DNA of 32,000 nt from Nitrosopumilus sp. b3 (GCF_014078525.1 NZ_MU078695.1:125174-157173); one strand, 5' to 3'; counted from the stretch's first letter, positions 8,756 to 16,782 are shown. Numbers and translations: made by a program. The notes: generated by a model from the sequence alone, not told the origin.

Positions 8756-10332
8756 TGGATGAGATTTCAATTGTAGGTCAAGTAGTTGGCGGAAGTTTTG
8801 GAGACATTGTAATTCGTCAAAAAGCAGGAACCAATCTAGAGATTGGAGATTTGATGGTCTCCGAAGAGAACGGTTCGTTTTTGATTTTACAGGTATTTGC
8901 ATTAGAGTATGGTAGTCAGATTCAAGATAAAATGCAGCAGATGATGTCAGGTGTTAATTTAGAGCAAGGAATAGTTGATGTGAACTTTTATGAACCAGAA
9001 TTTGTAAACTATGTACTAGCTAGAATCAAACCTCTTGCTCGAGTGTATAGAGAAAATAATGATGTAAAGATTCCAAAATCATTACCATCATTTTTTAACA
9101 AATTACGATTAATTGACAAGGATGATTTGAAATTCCTGCAAAAGGAGAAAGAGTCTATCTTTGTAGGACACATTCGAAGTGGCAGTAAGATAATAAAAGA
9201 GGCAGAAGTTTGGCTGCCAGCTGAAGATGTGTTTTCACATCATGTTTTAATTCCAGCTACTACGGGTCGTGGAAAATCAAATTTGGTGAAAACTATTTTG
9301 TGGCATTTGCTTGATGCAAATAAAGTGGGTGCACTTGTTTTAGATGCACACGATGAATACTATGGACGTACAGGACCTGGACTAAAAGATCATAGTAAAG
9401 CAAAAGATAATCTTGTTTATTATACACCATCTCACCCACCAGTTGGCGCAAACAGACTAACAATCAATCTTGAATCAATAAGACCAGATCACTTTGAGGG
9501 AATAATTGAACTATCAGACCCGCAACTTGCTGCAATGCGAATGGCATTTAGAAAAAATCCTAGAGGATGGATTTCTGATTTGATGAAAACCAGTGCAGTT
9601 GATGCAGGAATGGAGCCAGGTGGACGTGCAGAATTTGCTGCGGCAACTTTGATGGTCGTTCAAAGGAAATTACGCCTAATTTTGAGCCTAGATGTGGATG
9701 AAGAGCAGGTAATTGTATCAAGACATGAGGTATTTGATAGTACAACTAGAGGTCTGAATACCGTTGATGACATAGTTCGAGATATAGAGCAGGGTAAGGT
9801 CGTTGTTTTAGATACATCTCGATTAGGTGATGAGGCAGAGTTGATTGTTGGAAATATTATTGCTTCAAAATTATTACAAAAATACAAAGACGCTAAAGCA
9901 ACCGGTGAGCTTGATAGAAAACCAGTTGCCACCATAGTTATTGAAGAAGCACCACGTGTAATTGGAGAGGATGTTCTAAAATCTCGAAATGATAACATCT
10001 ATGCCACCATAGCTAAAGAAGGACGTAAATTCAAAGTGGGTTTGACTGCAATTACTCAGTTGAGCAGTGTGATTCCAAAAACAATTCTTGCAAACATGAA
10101 TACCAAAATTATTTTAGGAAACGAGATGAAGCAAGAAAGAGAGGCAATTATTGCATCAGCTTCTCAAGACTTGTCGGAAGATGACAAAAATATTGCAAGT
10201 TTGGATAAAGGCGAGGCAATTATTTCTAGTATCTTCGTTCCATTTGCAATGCCAATCAAAGTTCCTTTGTTTGAAGATATTGTAAAAAGTAAAGGATCGT
10301 CACCGCAACCTGGTAAGACAAAGGTGTTCTAG
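8752..10332 (+). CDS. herA: HerA hexameric DNA translocase/helicase
   Basis: 526 aa. N-terminal HAS-barrel-like region, Walker A 'ATTGRGKSN', Walker B 'VIEEAP', FtsK/HerA-type architecture. The start (TTG 8752 or ATG 8755) overlaps the nurA stop. Confidence 0.9.
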   Translation: MMDEISIVGQVVGGSFGDIVIRQKAGTNLEIGDLMVSEENGSFLILQVFALEYGSQIQDKMQQMMSGVNLEQGIVDVNFYEPEFVNYVLARIKPLARVYRENNDVKIPKSLPSFFNKLRLIDKDDLKFLQKEKESIFVGHIRSGSKIIKEAEVWLPAEDVFSHHVLIPATTGRGKSNLVKTILWHLLDANKVGALVLDAHDEYYGRTGPGLKDHSKAKDNLVYYTPSHPPVGANRLTINLESIRPDHFEGIIELSDPQLAAMRMAFRKNPRGWISDLMKTSAVDAGMEPGGRAEFAAATLMVVQRKLRLILSLDVDEEQVIVSRHEVFDSTTRGLNTVDDIVRDIEQGKVVVLDTSRLGDEAELIVGNIIASKLLQKYKDAKATGELDRKPVATIVIEEAPRVIGEDVLKSRNDNIYATIAKEGRKFKVGLTAITQLSSVIPKTILANMNTKIILGNEMKQEREAIIASASQDLSEDDKNIASLDKGEAIISSIFVPFAMPIKVPLFEDIVKSKGSSPQPGKTKVF

Positions 10333-10333
10333 T

Positions 10334-11590
10334 TTGTTATTTGCGCATTTATCTGATATCCATCTAGGTTTTCAAAAGCACGAATCATTGCAGAGAATAG
10401 AGCAACAAGTATTTGAGAAATCGATGGATGAGTGTATTTCTCGCAAAGTAGATTTTGTTTTAATTCCAGGGGATTTGTTTCACGTAAATATTCCGGAGAT
10501 GCGAGTTCAAAAGTTTGCATTTGCAAAGTTTCGTCAGGTCCATGATGCAGGAATTCCAATCTATGTGGTTTATGGTAGTCATGACTTTTCTCCAGTTTCA
10601 AACTCTGTAATTGATCTGCTAGCAGAAGTTGGGTACATCACCAAAGTAACTCGTGCAACAAGTAATGAGGATGATACGATATCTTTGGATTTCCTAGTAG
10701 ATGAGAAAACAGGTGCAAAAATTGCAGGATTGTCCGGACTCAAAGTTGGAAAGGACAGAGAATGGTATGAGAAACTAGATAGGAATTCTTTAGAGGCAGA
10801 GCCAGGATTTAAGATATTCCTATTTCATGGAGGAGTCTCAGAAATGAAGGCTGATTCAGGCATGGATGGGGACCATATGCCACTTTCTTTGCTACCTAAA
10901 GGATTCGCATACTACGCAGGAGGACACATGCACAAATTCAATCATCAGTCATTTGATTCACATCCTAATGTAGTGTATCCTGGAACTCCATTTGCAGGAT
11001 ATCATGCAGATTTGGAAGATAATGCAAATGGGCAAAAACGCGGATTTGTTCTAGTAGAGTTTGATGATGTGGTAAAGTCAGTGGAATTTGTAGAGATTCC
11101 AAACACATCATATGAAATAATTGAAGTTAATGCAGATAACAGAAAATCGGATTCTATTAATCAAGAACTAGTTGAAAAAAGTAAAGACATTGATCCTGCA
11201 AATAAAGTGATAATAATTAAAGTCAAAGGAGAACTAACATCAGGCAAGACTGCAGATGTAGATATTTCTGGGATTAGAGAAGAGTTAAACTCTCGCAATG
11301 CGATGTTCATCAATGTTTCAAAGAACGGATTGACTTCAAAAGAGTATTCAATTACAGAGGCAAAGGGGGCAAACAAAGAAGAGATTGAAACAAATGTGTT
11401 TTCAGAAAACATTGGACAGTTACGATTTGATCATCCAGAATTGTTAGGAGATGAAGGAGTCAAACTTGCAAAAAAGTTGTTGCGAGAGTTAGGACAACCA
11501 GTACTAGTTAATGAGAAGAGAAACGAGTACACTCCAAGAGTTCGTGATAATGCTTTAGCAATTTTAGGATTAGACAAAGATGATTCTTAA
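10334..11590 (+). CDS. mre11: Mre11 nuclease (calcineurin-like phosphoesterase)
   Basis: 418 aa with a TTG start 1 nt after the herA stop. Phosphoesterase motifs 'HLSDIHLG', 'GDLFH', 'YGSHD', 'GGHMH'. Confidence 0.9.
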   Translation: MLFAHLSDIHLGFQKHESLQRIEQQVFEKSMDECISRKVDFVLIPGDLFHVNIPEMRVQKFAFAKFRQVHDAGIPIYVVYGSHDFSPVSNSVIDLLAEVGYITKVTRATSNEDDTISLDFLVDEKTGAKIAGLSGLKVGKDREWYEKLDRNSLEAEPGFKIFLFHGGVSEMKADSGMDGDHMPLSLLPKGFAYYAGGHMHKFNHQSFDSHPNVVYPGTPFAGYHADLEDNANGQKRGFVLVEFDDVVKSVEFVEIPNTSYEIIEVNADNRKSDSINQELVEKSKDIDPANKVIIIKVKGELTSGKTADVDISGIREELNSRNAMFINVSKNGLTSKEYSITEAKGANKEEIETNVFSENIGQLRFDHPELLGDEGVKLAKKLLRELGQPVLVNEKRNEYTPRVRDNALAILGLDKDDS

Positions 11591-14000
11591 TAGCATCATT
11601 ATTGATAACATTAGAAGTTATGAGCACGAAGAGGTAGAGTTTCCTCGAGGGATATCTTTGTTTGAAGGAGATATTGGTTCTGGAAAATCAACTGTACTCA
11701 TGGCAATAGAGTTTGCACTGTTCGGTTTGGGTTCTCAAAAAGCTGAGAGTTTACTTGCAAAAAAGTCTGAAAATGGAAGTGTTATTTTGGATTTTTCAGT
11801 AGACGGTGAAAAATATGAAATTAAAAGAACGTTGCTGAGAAAAAAATCAGGAGTCAATCAAGATCCTAAAAATTCCTGGATAAAGATTGATGGCGAGAAA
11901 GAACCATTATCACCATCTGAACTAAAACAACGAGTGTTACAGATATTAAAATTCAACGAGCCAGCAGATCCTAAAGCTGAGAGTAAAATATTCAGATATG
12001 CTATATTTACGCCTCAGGAAGCCATGAAAGAGGTGCTTTTTGACTCTGCAAAGAGACTAGAGACTATTCGTAAAGCCTTTGGGATTGAAGATTACAGTAT
12101 TGCACACTCTAATGCACGTGAAGTACTTACTGAGATCAAAGCAAAAGCAAGAGTGTTTCAAGAAAGATTCAGTAATATTTCAGAATTAGAGTCAGAGATT
12201 ACAGAATCAAATAAAGGGATAACAGAGACAGAGAAAGTAATTTCTAAAACCAAAGAACAACTTAGTAGTTTAGAGAATAACGAAGTACAAAAAACCAATG
12301 AACTCAAAGAGTTGCAGGCAAAAAACAATGAAAAAATAAAACTAGAATCAAAAAAAGAAAACATTACAGATAAGATAGAATCTGCAAAACAAAATGTTGA
12401 AAAGATAGAGCAAGAGTTTGCAGAAATTGAATCAGAATTAAAAGAGAATAATGAAAGATTTGAAAAATTGATGAGTGTAGAAAAACCTCAAACAGAGAAA
12501 AGCATACCAGATATTATATCTGAAATAAAAAAACTTCAGGAGATTAATGACAAGAAAATAAGACTAGAGACAGAAAAAGAAACAATTACAGATGATCTTG
12601 TAGAACTAAAAGAGAGTTTAGGTGAGAAGGTAAATTCAGACAAGTCAGTTTTAGAGAAATCTCTGCAAGATTTAGAAGAAGAGAAAAAAGGTTTGGAGAA
12701 ATTCTCTGATGAGATAAAGCAACAACAAGATAAAATCAAAGAAGAGCAAATCCAAAAAAATACGCAGAAAAAATCATTAGAACAAGATATTTTAGAATTT
12801 TCTAAACTTGGAAATGCATGTCCTACATGCAAACAAGAAATTACTAAAGAGCATCATCATGCCCTAGTTGATGAAAAACAAAAGCTAGTTAACAGTCTTG
12901 AAAAGGAAATAAAAACAGTTACAGATTCATTTTTTGAATCAAGTTCAAAATCAAAAGAGATTGAATCAAAGATAGATTCCTATGAAGAAGAAATCTCAAA
13001 GATAGAAAAAATCATTCCAGGAATAGAAGAATTTATTGAAAAATCCTCAAAATTAAAAGAAATTGAGGCTGATTTGCAAGAAATTACACCCCCAGACACT
13101 AAAGAGTATGGCGAGAATCCCATAGAGTTTCTATCTGAACTAAAAGACAGAGTTTCAGAGTATAGAAATGCACAAGAGCAGTTACAACAGATAGCACAAA
13201 GAAGACAGAAGATTCAAGAAAAAATAGAATCAGATCAGTCAAGTGCAAATACGTTGTTATCAGGTATTAAAGAAAATGAATCAAAATTAAAAGAAATTGA
13301 AAAACAGTTAGCCAAATTTGGAAGATTGGAAGAAAAAGTACAATCTAAAGAAGATGAACTAGGTGAAATCAGGAAAAAAATTGCTCAAGCATCAGGAATT
13401 ATTGCTGCATCTCAAGAAAAATTAAACAATGAACAAGTCAAAATTTCTCAAAATGAACAAAAAATTTCTGAATCAAAACAATGGGAGGAAAAATACAAGA
13501 AATTTACTCAGTTCCAGGAATGGTTAGAATCATTTTTTATTCCAACCATATCACAGATTGAAAAACAAGTATTATTGTCAATATTGCAGAATTTCAATGA
13601 GACATATACCAGATGGTATTCTATTCTAATTGAAGATCCAACCAAAGAATCCAGAATTGATGAGAACTTTACACCAATTGTGAATCAAGACGGATATGAT
13701 CAAGAGATTGGATTTTTGTCAGGAGGTGAAAAAACAAGTATTGCATTAGCATATAGATTAACATTAAACTCTCTAATGAGAAAAGAGACAGAATCAATGA
13801 AGTCTAATTTATTAATTTTAGATGAACCTACCGATGGATTCTCTAAGAATCAATTGGGAAAAATTAGAGAGTTACTTGATGAATTAAAATCAGAACAAAT
13901 CGTACTTGTCTCTCATGAAAAAGAGCTTGAAACTTATGTAGATAATATTTTTCAAATTTCAAAAGAAAATGGGTTATCAAAAATTTTAAGAATTAATTAA
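11580..14000 (+). CDS. rad50: Rad50 ATPase (SMC-like, zinc hook)
   Basis: 806 aa. Walker A 'GDIGSGKST', a long E/K-rich coiled coil, zinc hook 'CPTC', ABC signature 'LSGGEKT', Walker B 'LLILDEPT'. The start overlaps the mre11 end by 11 nt. Confidence 0.9.
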   Translation: MILNSIIIDNIRSYEHEEVEFPRGISLFEGDIGSGKSTVLMAIEFALFGLGSQKAESLLAKKSENGSVILDFSVDGEKYEIKRTLLRKKSGVNQDPKNSWIKIDGEKEPLSPSELKQRVLQILKFNEPADPKAESKIFRYAIFTPQEAMKEVLFDSAKRLETIRKAFGIEDYSIAHSNAREVLTEIKAKARVFQERFSNISELESEITESNKGITETEKVISKTKEQLSSLENNEVQKTNELKELQAKNNEKIKLESKKENITDKIESAKQNVEKIEQEFAEIESELKENNERFEKLMSVEKPQTEKSIPDIISEIKKLQEINDKKIRLETEKETITDDLVELKESLGEKVNSDKSVLEKSLQDLEEEKKGLEKFSDEIKQQQDKIKEEQIQKNTQKKSLEQDILEFSKLGNACPTCKQEITKEHHHALVDEKQKLVNSLEKEIKTVTDSFFESSSKSKEIESKIDSYEEEISKIEKIIPGIEEFIEKSSKLKEIEADLQEITPPDTKEYGENPIEFLSELKDRVSEYRNAQEQLQQIAQRRQKIQEKIESDQSSANTLLSGIKENESKLKEIEKQLAKFGRLEEKVQSKEDELGEIRKKIAQASGIIAASQEKLNNEQVKISQNEQKISESKQWEEKYKKFTQFQEWLESFFIPTISQIEKQVLLSILQNFNETYTRWYSILIEDPTKESRIDENFTPIVNQDGYDQEIGFLSGGEKTSIALAYRLTLNSLMRKETESMKSNLLILDEPTDGFSKNQLGKIRELLDELKSEQIVLVSHEKELETYVDNIFQISKENGLSKILRIN

Positions 14001-14127
14001 TAATTGATTATTTAAAACAGTGTTTACAATTTAACGAATTGGAAATTTATCATTTTCAAATATCTATAAACATGAATTTTGTTCCTACTGATCATTTCAA
14101 GTGGATATTAAATCAGATACAGGGGTA

Positions 14128-14134
14128 TTTTTTT
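14128..14134 (+). terminator. Oligo-T tract, possible archaeal terminator of the rad50 transcript
   Basis: First run of at least 5 T (T7) downstream of the rad50 stop. Archaeal termination commonly uses oligo-T. No experimental support. Confidence 0.3.
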
Positions 14135-14190
14135 AATATGTAAAATTCCGAGTCTATTCCAGATAAATTTCCAAAAATAGAAAATTAAAT

Positions 14191-14220
14191 AGTATTCAAA
14201 GTATGCATACTATTGTCATG
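14191..14220. promoter_or_regulatory. Candidate operator copy 2 (AGTAT-N5-GTATGCATAC) upstream of a TATA-like element and micro-ORF
   Basis: Palindrome core at 14201-14210. The 30-bp block matches 15331-15360 at 26/30 positions. A TATA-like 'cataataatat' (14224-14234) lies about 25 nt before the ATG at 14253. Confidence 0.5.
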
Positions 14221-14252
14221 TTTCATAATAATATCAAATTCAAACCTAAAAT

Positions 14253-14333
14253 ATGCAAAAACAAGCAATGTATCCAAGAATTATCAGAGAATTCGAAGAG
14301 GATAGAGATGAAGAGCCACTCTTTTATTCCTAA
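14253..14333 (+). CDS. Micro-ORF (26 aa, MQKQAMYPRIIREFEEDRDEEPLFYS), paralog of 15393..15515
   Basis: Not in the ORF track because it is too short. It shares the YPRIIREF core with the 40-aa ORF at 15393. The three nucleotide differences in those 8 codons are all synonymous. Spacing from the TATA-like element suggests a leaderless transcript. Confidence 0.45.
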   Translation: MQKQAMYPRIIREFEEDRDEEPLFYS

Positions 14334-14363
14334 AATGAAGAGCATTTCACACCTTAGGAGAAA

Positions 14364-14591
14364 ATGAATAGGGCAAGAAATCAATCTATCAAAAGAACAG
14401 CAAGAAATTATTGATTCAAAGAAAAACACATCGTAGTTTCAAATCCAGGAACTGGAAAGACCACCACATTATCTCTCAAAGAAATAAAATTACTAACAGA
14501 CGGAGTAAATCCTGAAGATATTCTATGTATCACGTTTACTGAAAAAGCTAAAAAAGAAATGTTTAATGAGATTTATGATAATTCAAATTAA
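14364..14591 (+). pseudogene. N-terminal relic of a UvrD/PcrA-type superfamily-1 helicase (frameshifted and truncated)
   Basis: Frame 1 reads 'INLSKEQQEIIDSKKNTS*' and frame 0 continues 'KHIVVSNPGTGKTTTLSLKEIKLLTDGVNPEDILCITFTEKAKKEMFNEIYDNSN*'. Together these give the UvrD motifs Q, I (Walker A, GTGKT) and Ia (TFT..A..EM). The frame switch is at the A-run near 14419-14426. The gene ends after about 75 codons and overlaps the 3' end of the convergent regulator by 9 bp. Confidence 0.55.
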
Positions 14592-15329
14592 AAATTCGGC
14601 AGCATTTTTGCCCTCTTCAGTAATTTTTATCCAACGATTCCTACCAATCTTTTCAATCTCGATAAACTTCCAATCTTTTTCTAATGGTTCAATGATATTT
14701 TTATCTAAACTTGCAAATCTAGCTTGGGAGTGATTTGATTTTTCAGCATTAACTGTAATGATTCCTTTCTCTTCTGTAATTTCTGCCATCTCTTTTTTAG
14801 TTAGTTTTTGATTTTTATGTTCATGAACTATTTTTAATGCATCTAATAATTTTGGTTTTGGTGTTTGAATCTCATATGTTGGTAATGGAATTGTATCTTT
14901 GATTCCAAAGGATTGTTGTTTACCCTCAAATGCTGCATACTTTTCAGGTTCTGCATAAAATGGTTTTAGATTTTCACAGTGTTTGAGTACCATACATGCC
15001 ATCATGCATGCGATTGCTTGGATTTTAGATCCTGATGCGACATTGACATAGATGTAGTTATTTTTTTCTTCCTCAATGATATCTTTGATTGATTTTATTG
15101 CTTTAAACAAACTCAATCTATCAGCATATGCAATCTTTACTTCTACACCGAGTTTTTTGCATTCTTTTTTTATTTTCTCCAAGTATGGTGCTGAAAGATC
15201 AGTAGTACGATTGTCATGTGATATCAACCACAATTTGTCAGCCTTTGTCTGCTTGAGAGGTATGATGATTCGGTCTACTTCAAAACCTAAAGGGGCAATG
15301 TGAACTCGAAATGTGGCTAGATTAGTCAT
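14583..15329 (-). CDS. Csa3-like regulator: N-terminal CARF-like Rossmann domain plus C-terminal winged helix-turn-helix
   Basis: 248 aa. The N-terminal pattern 'RVHIAPLGFEVDRIIIPL', 'DKLWLIS', 'YIYVNVASGSKIQAIACMMA' is collinear with my recollection of Csa3 ('YFVTMGFNETFLLRLL', 'DSLVIVV', 'IISDLTMGMRMINTL'). The C-terminus 'LTKKEMAEITEEKG...GRNRWIKITEEGKNAAEF' looks like a wHTH. The call is by architecture only; no search was done. Confidence 0.55.
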   Translation of the reverse strand: MTNLATFRVHIAPLGFEVDRIIIPLKQTKADKLWLISHDNRTTDLSAPYLEKIKKECKKLGVEVKIAYADRLSLFKAIKSIKDIIEEEKNNYIYVNVASGSKIQAIACMMACMVLKHCENLKPFYAEPEKYAAFEGKQQSFGIKDTIPLPTYEIQTPKPKLLDALKIVHEHKNQKLTKKEMAEITEEKGIITVNAEKSNHSQARFASLDKNIIEPLEKDWKFIEIEKIGRNRWIKITEEGKNAAEFLI

Positions 15330-15330
15330 T

Positions 15331-15373
15331 AGTATGTACAGTATGCATACTATTGTGATGCTATATAATAATT
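15331..15373. promoter_or_regulatory. Candidate operator copy 3 plus strong TATA box in the divergent regulator/small-gene intergenic region
   Basis: AGTAT-N5-GTATGCATAC with the core at 15341-15350, followed by 'tatataataatt' (15362-15373). That 12-mer is identical to the one upstream of nirK. ATG 15393 lies about 26 nt from the TATA centre (leaderless geometry). The palindrome lies between the TATA and the regulator ATG at 15329. Confidence 0.55.
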
Positions 15374-15392
15374 TCTATGCCTAAGAAACACC

Positions 15393-15515
15393 ATGAATCA
15401 AACAAAAACAATTCAAAATGAAGGATTAAACTCTGGAAATCTTTTCTATCCCAGAATTATCCGAGAGTTCGATGAAAAAGACGAACCAATAATGTATGGA
15501 GGAAGATTTGATTAG
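15393..15515 (+). CDS. Micro-ORF (40 aa, MNQTKTIQNEGLNSGNLFYPRIIREFDEKDEPIMYGGRFD)
   Basis: Paralog of 14253..14333 (YPRIIREF core, acidic DE(E)P-[LI]-[FM]-Y tail). First ORF of a tightly packed plus-strand operon. Confidence 0.5.
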   Translation: MNQTKTIQNEGLNSGNLFYPRIIREFDEKDEPIMYGGRFD

Positions 15516-15517
15516 AA

Positions 15518-15682
15518 ATGAAAATTACTAGAATTCTTCCAAAGTTTCTTGCAAAAACATACCAGGAAGAAGATTTGAGACGTGCAGAAATCCAGCTACA
15601 ATATCACAAAGGTATGATCAGAGTTTGGGAGAAAAGATGCAATGAAGGGCGACAAGAATTACAGAGGTTGAATCAAAAATGA
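15518..15682 (+). CDS. Small hypothetical protein (54 aa, MKITRILPKFLAKTYQEEDLRRAEIQ...)
   Basis: The ATG is 2 nt after the previous stop, and its own stop overlaps the next ATG (ATGA at 15679-15682). Predicted helical and basic. No recognisable family. Confidence 0.4.
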   Translation: MKITRILPKFLAKTYQEEDLRRAEIQLQYHKGMIRVWEKRCNEGRQELQRLNQK

Positions 15683-15891
15683 AACTCGGTAAAATAATCC
15701 AAAACCTTAACATGAAAAATATCAATCAAGGAGTTGACATCTTCAATAAAGCTGTTCAGGATTTCGGAGATTCTATGGATTCACTGAATAAAGAAATGTC
15801 AGATGATATTGAAAAATCAAACAAGGAATCCAAAATTAGAGAGAAAAAGAACAAGGAAAATTTAGATAAAATTTGGGGGAAAAGGAAATGA
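15679..15891 (+). CDS. Small charged hypothetical protein (70 aa)
   Basis: ORF-track entry. K/E/D/N-rich and helical. ATGA overlaps at both ends suggest translational coupling. Confidence 0.5.
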   Translation: MKLGKIIQNLNMKNINQGVDIFNKAVQDFGDSMDSLNKEMSDDIEKSNKESKIREKKNKENLDKIWGKRK

Positions 15892-16283
15892 TCAAAACTG
15901 AATTTTTTGATGATAGTTATAACAAAGTTGAAGAAAGTACAGCAGAGATTATAGTTCAGTCAATTTTTGATAAAGATGGTAATTTACAAAAAAAGATAGA
16001 ATGGACTCCAAAGAAAAAGACAGGTTATTCAAGAACTACTCAGGTAAATGATGATATTAGATACGAATTTCTTTCACAAGATGTAAAAAATCATTATTTA
16101 GATAATGTGCTAGGAATTCAAAGGGCAATTGATTTACTTTGGAGATATCACAGTCAAGAAGAAAGTATTTCTCAAAAAAGAAAAATTCTAAGTTCCATAT
16201 TAAATGGATATAGTAAAATCAACTTTGCAATAATGAGTTTTGATCATGAATTAAAACGAGAAAAAGGAGGTAGTGGGTACTAG
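15888..16283 (+). CDS. Hypothetical protein (131 aa from ATG 15888; the ORF track gives an alternative TTG start at 15873)
   Basis: ATG 15888 forms an ATGA overlap with the upstream stop and is preceded by 'aaagga'. No family recognised. Confidence 0.55.
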   Translation: MIKTEFFDDSYNKVEESTAEIIVQSIFDKDGNLQKKIEWTPKKKTGYSRTTQVNDDIRYEFLSQDVKNHYLDNVLGIQRAIDLLWRYHSQEESISQKRKILSSILNGYSKINFAIMSFDHELKREKGGSGY

Positions 16284-16576
16284 TGTCTGAAACTCTCAAA
16301 GATACCCACTCTAAGAGCCTATCAGAGGCATTTGTAAATTCTTTTGGAAGTTATCCAATTGGGTATGGATTAGGAATAGTTATTTTACCATTATCAGTAG
16401 GATGGATTCAAGAAGACCCGCTAACTGTAAATCTAATAATTACTGGGATTTATGCAACAGTTTCATTTGCCAGGACCTATTTTTATCGTAGAGTATTTGA
16501 AAAATTTGGAATTGATGATAATTTCATCAAACTAGGAATCAAAGGAGTAAAAAAACTCAGGAGATTCAAAAAATGA
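16283..16576 (+). CDS. Small two-TM membrane protein
   Basis: 97 aa. The GTG start shares one base with the preceding TAG. Two hydrophobic helices ('IGYGLGIVILPLSVGW', 'LIITGIYATVSFA') are followed by a basic tail 'RTYFYRRVFEKFG'. The pattern (S..E...N...G ... S..R.Y..RR.F) resembles a small membrane protein family I recall from phage genomes. Unverified. Confidence 0.55.
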   Translation: MSETLKDTHSKSLSEAFVNSFGSYPIGYGLGIVILPLSVGWIQEDPLTVNLIITGIYATVSFARTYFYRRVFEKFGIDDNFIKLGIKGVKKLRRFKK

Positions 16577-16782
16577 CTGAATCAAAACCATCATGTCCTA
16601 ACTGCAATAGTGAGAATGTTGCATTTATCCTATGGGGATATGTTGGAGACATGCATTCAATTGAAGAAGAGTTAGAAAAAGGAGAGATTGTTTTGGGAGG
16701 ATGTATTGTATCTAGTAACGATCCTAAATGGAAATGCAATGATTGCCACCACAGATGGGGGGTTAGAGACGATGATGAATGA
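16573..16782 (+). CDS. Zinc-ribbon protein (CPNC...CNDC)
   Basis: 69 aa. 4-bp overlap with the upstream gene. Two CxxC pairs flank 'GEIVLGGC'. Acidic C-terminus. Confidence 0.6.
   Translation: MTESKPSCPNCNSENVAFILWGYVGDMHSIEEELEKGEIVLGGCIVSSNDPKWKCNDCHHRWGVRDDDE

Noticed and set aside
14223-14429. 68-aa minus-strand ORF in the rad50-regulator gap
   Set aside because: The plus strand here carries the conserved micro-ORF and recognisable helicase motifs, which explains the open antisense frame. The translation has no recognisable features.
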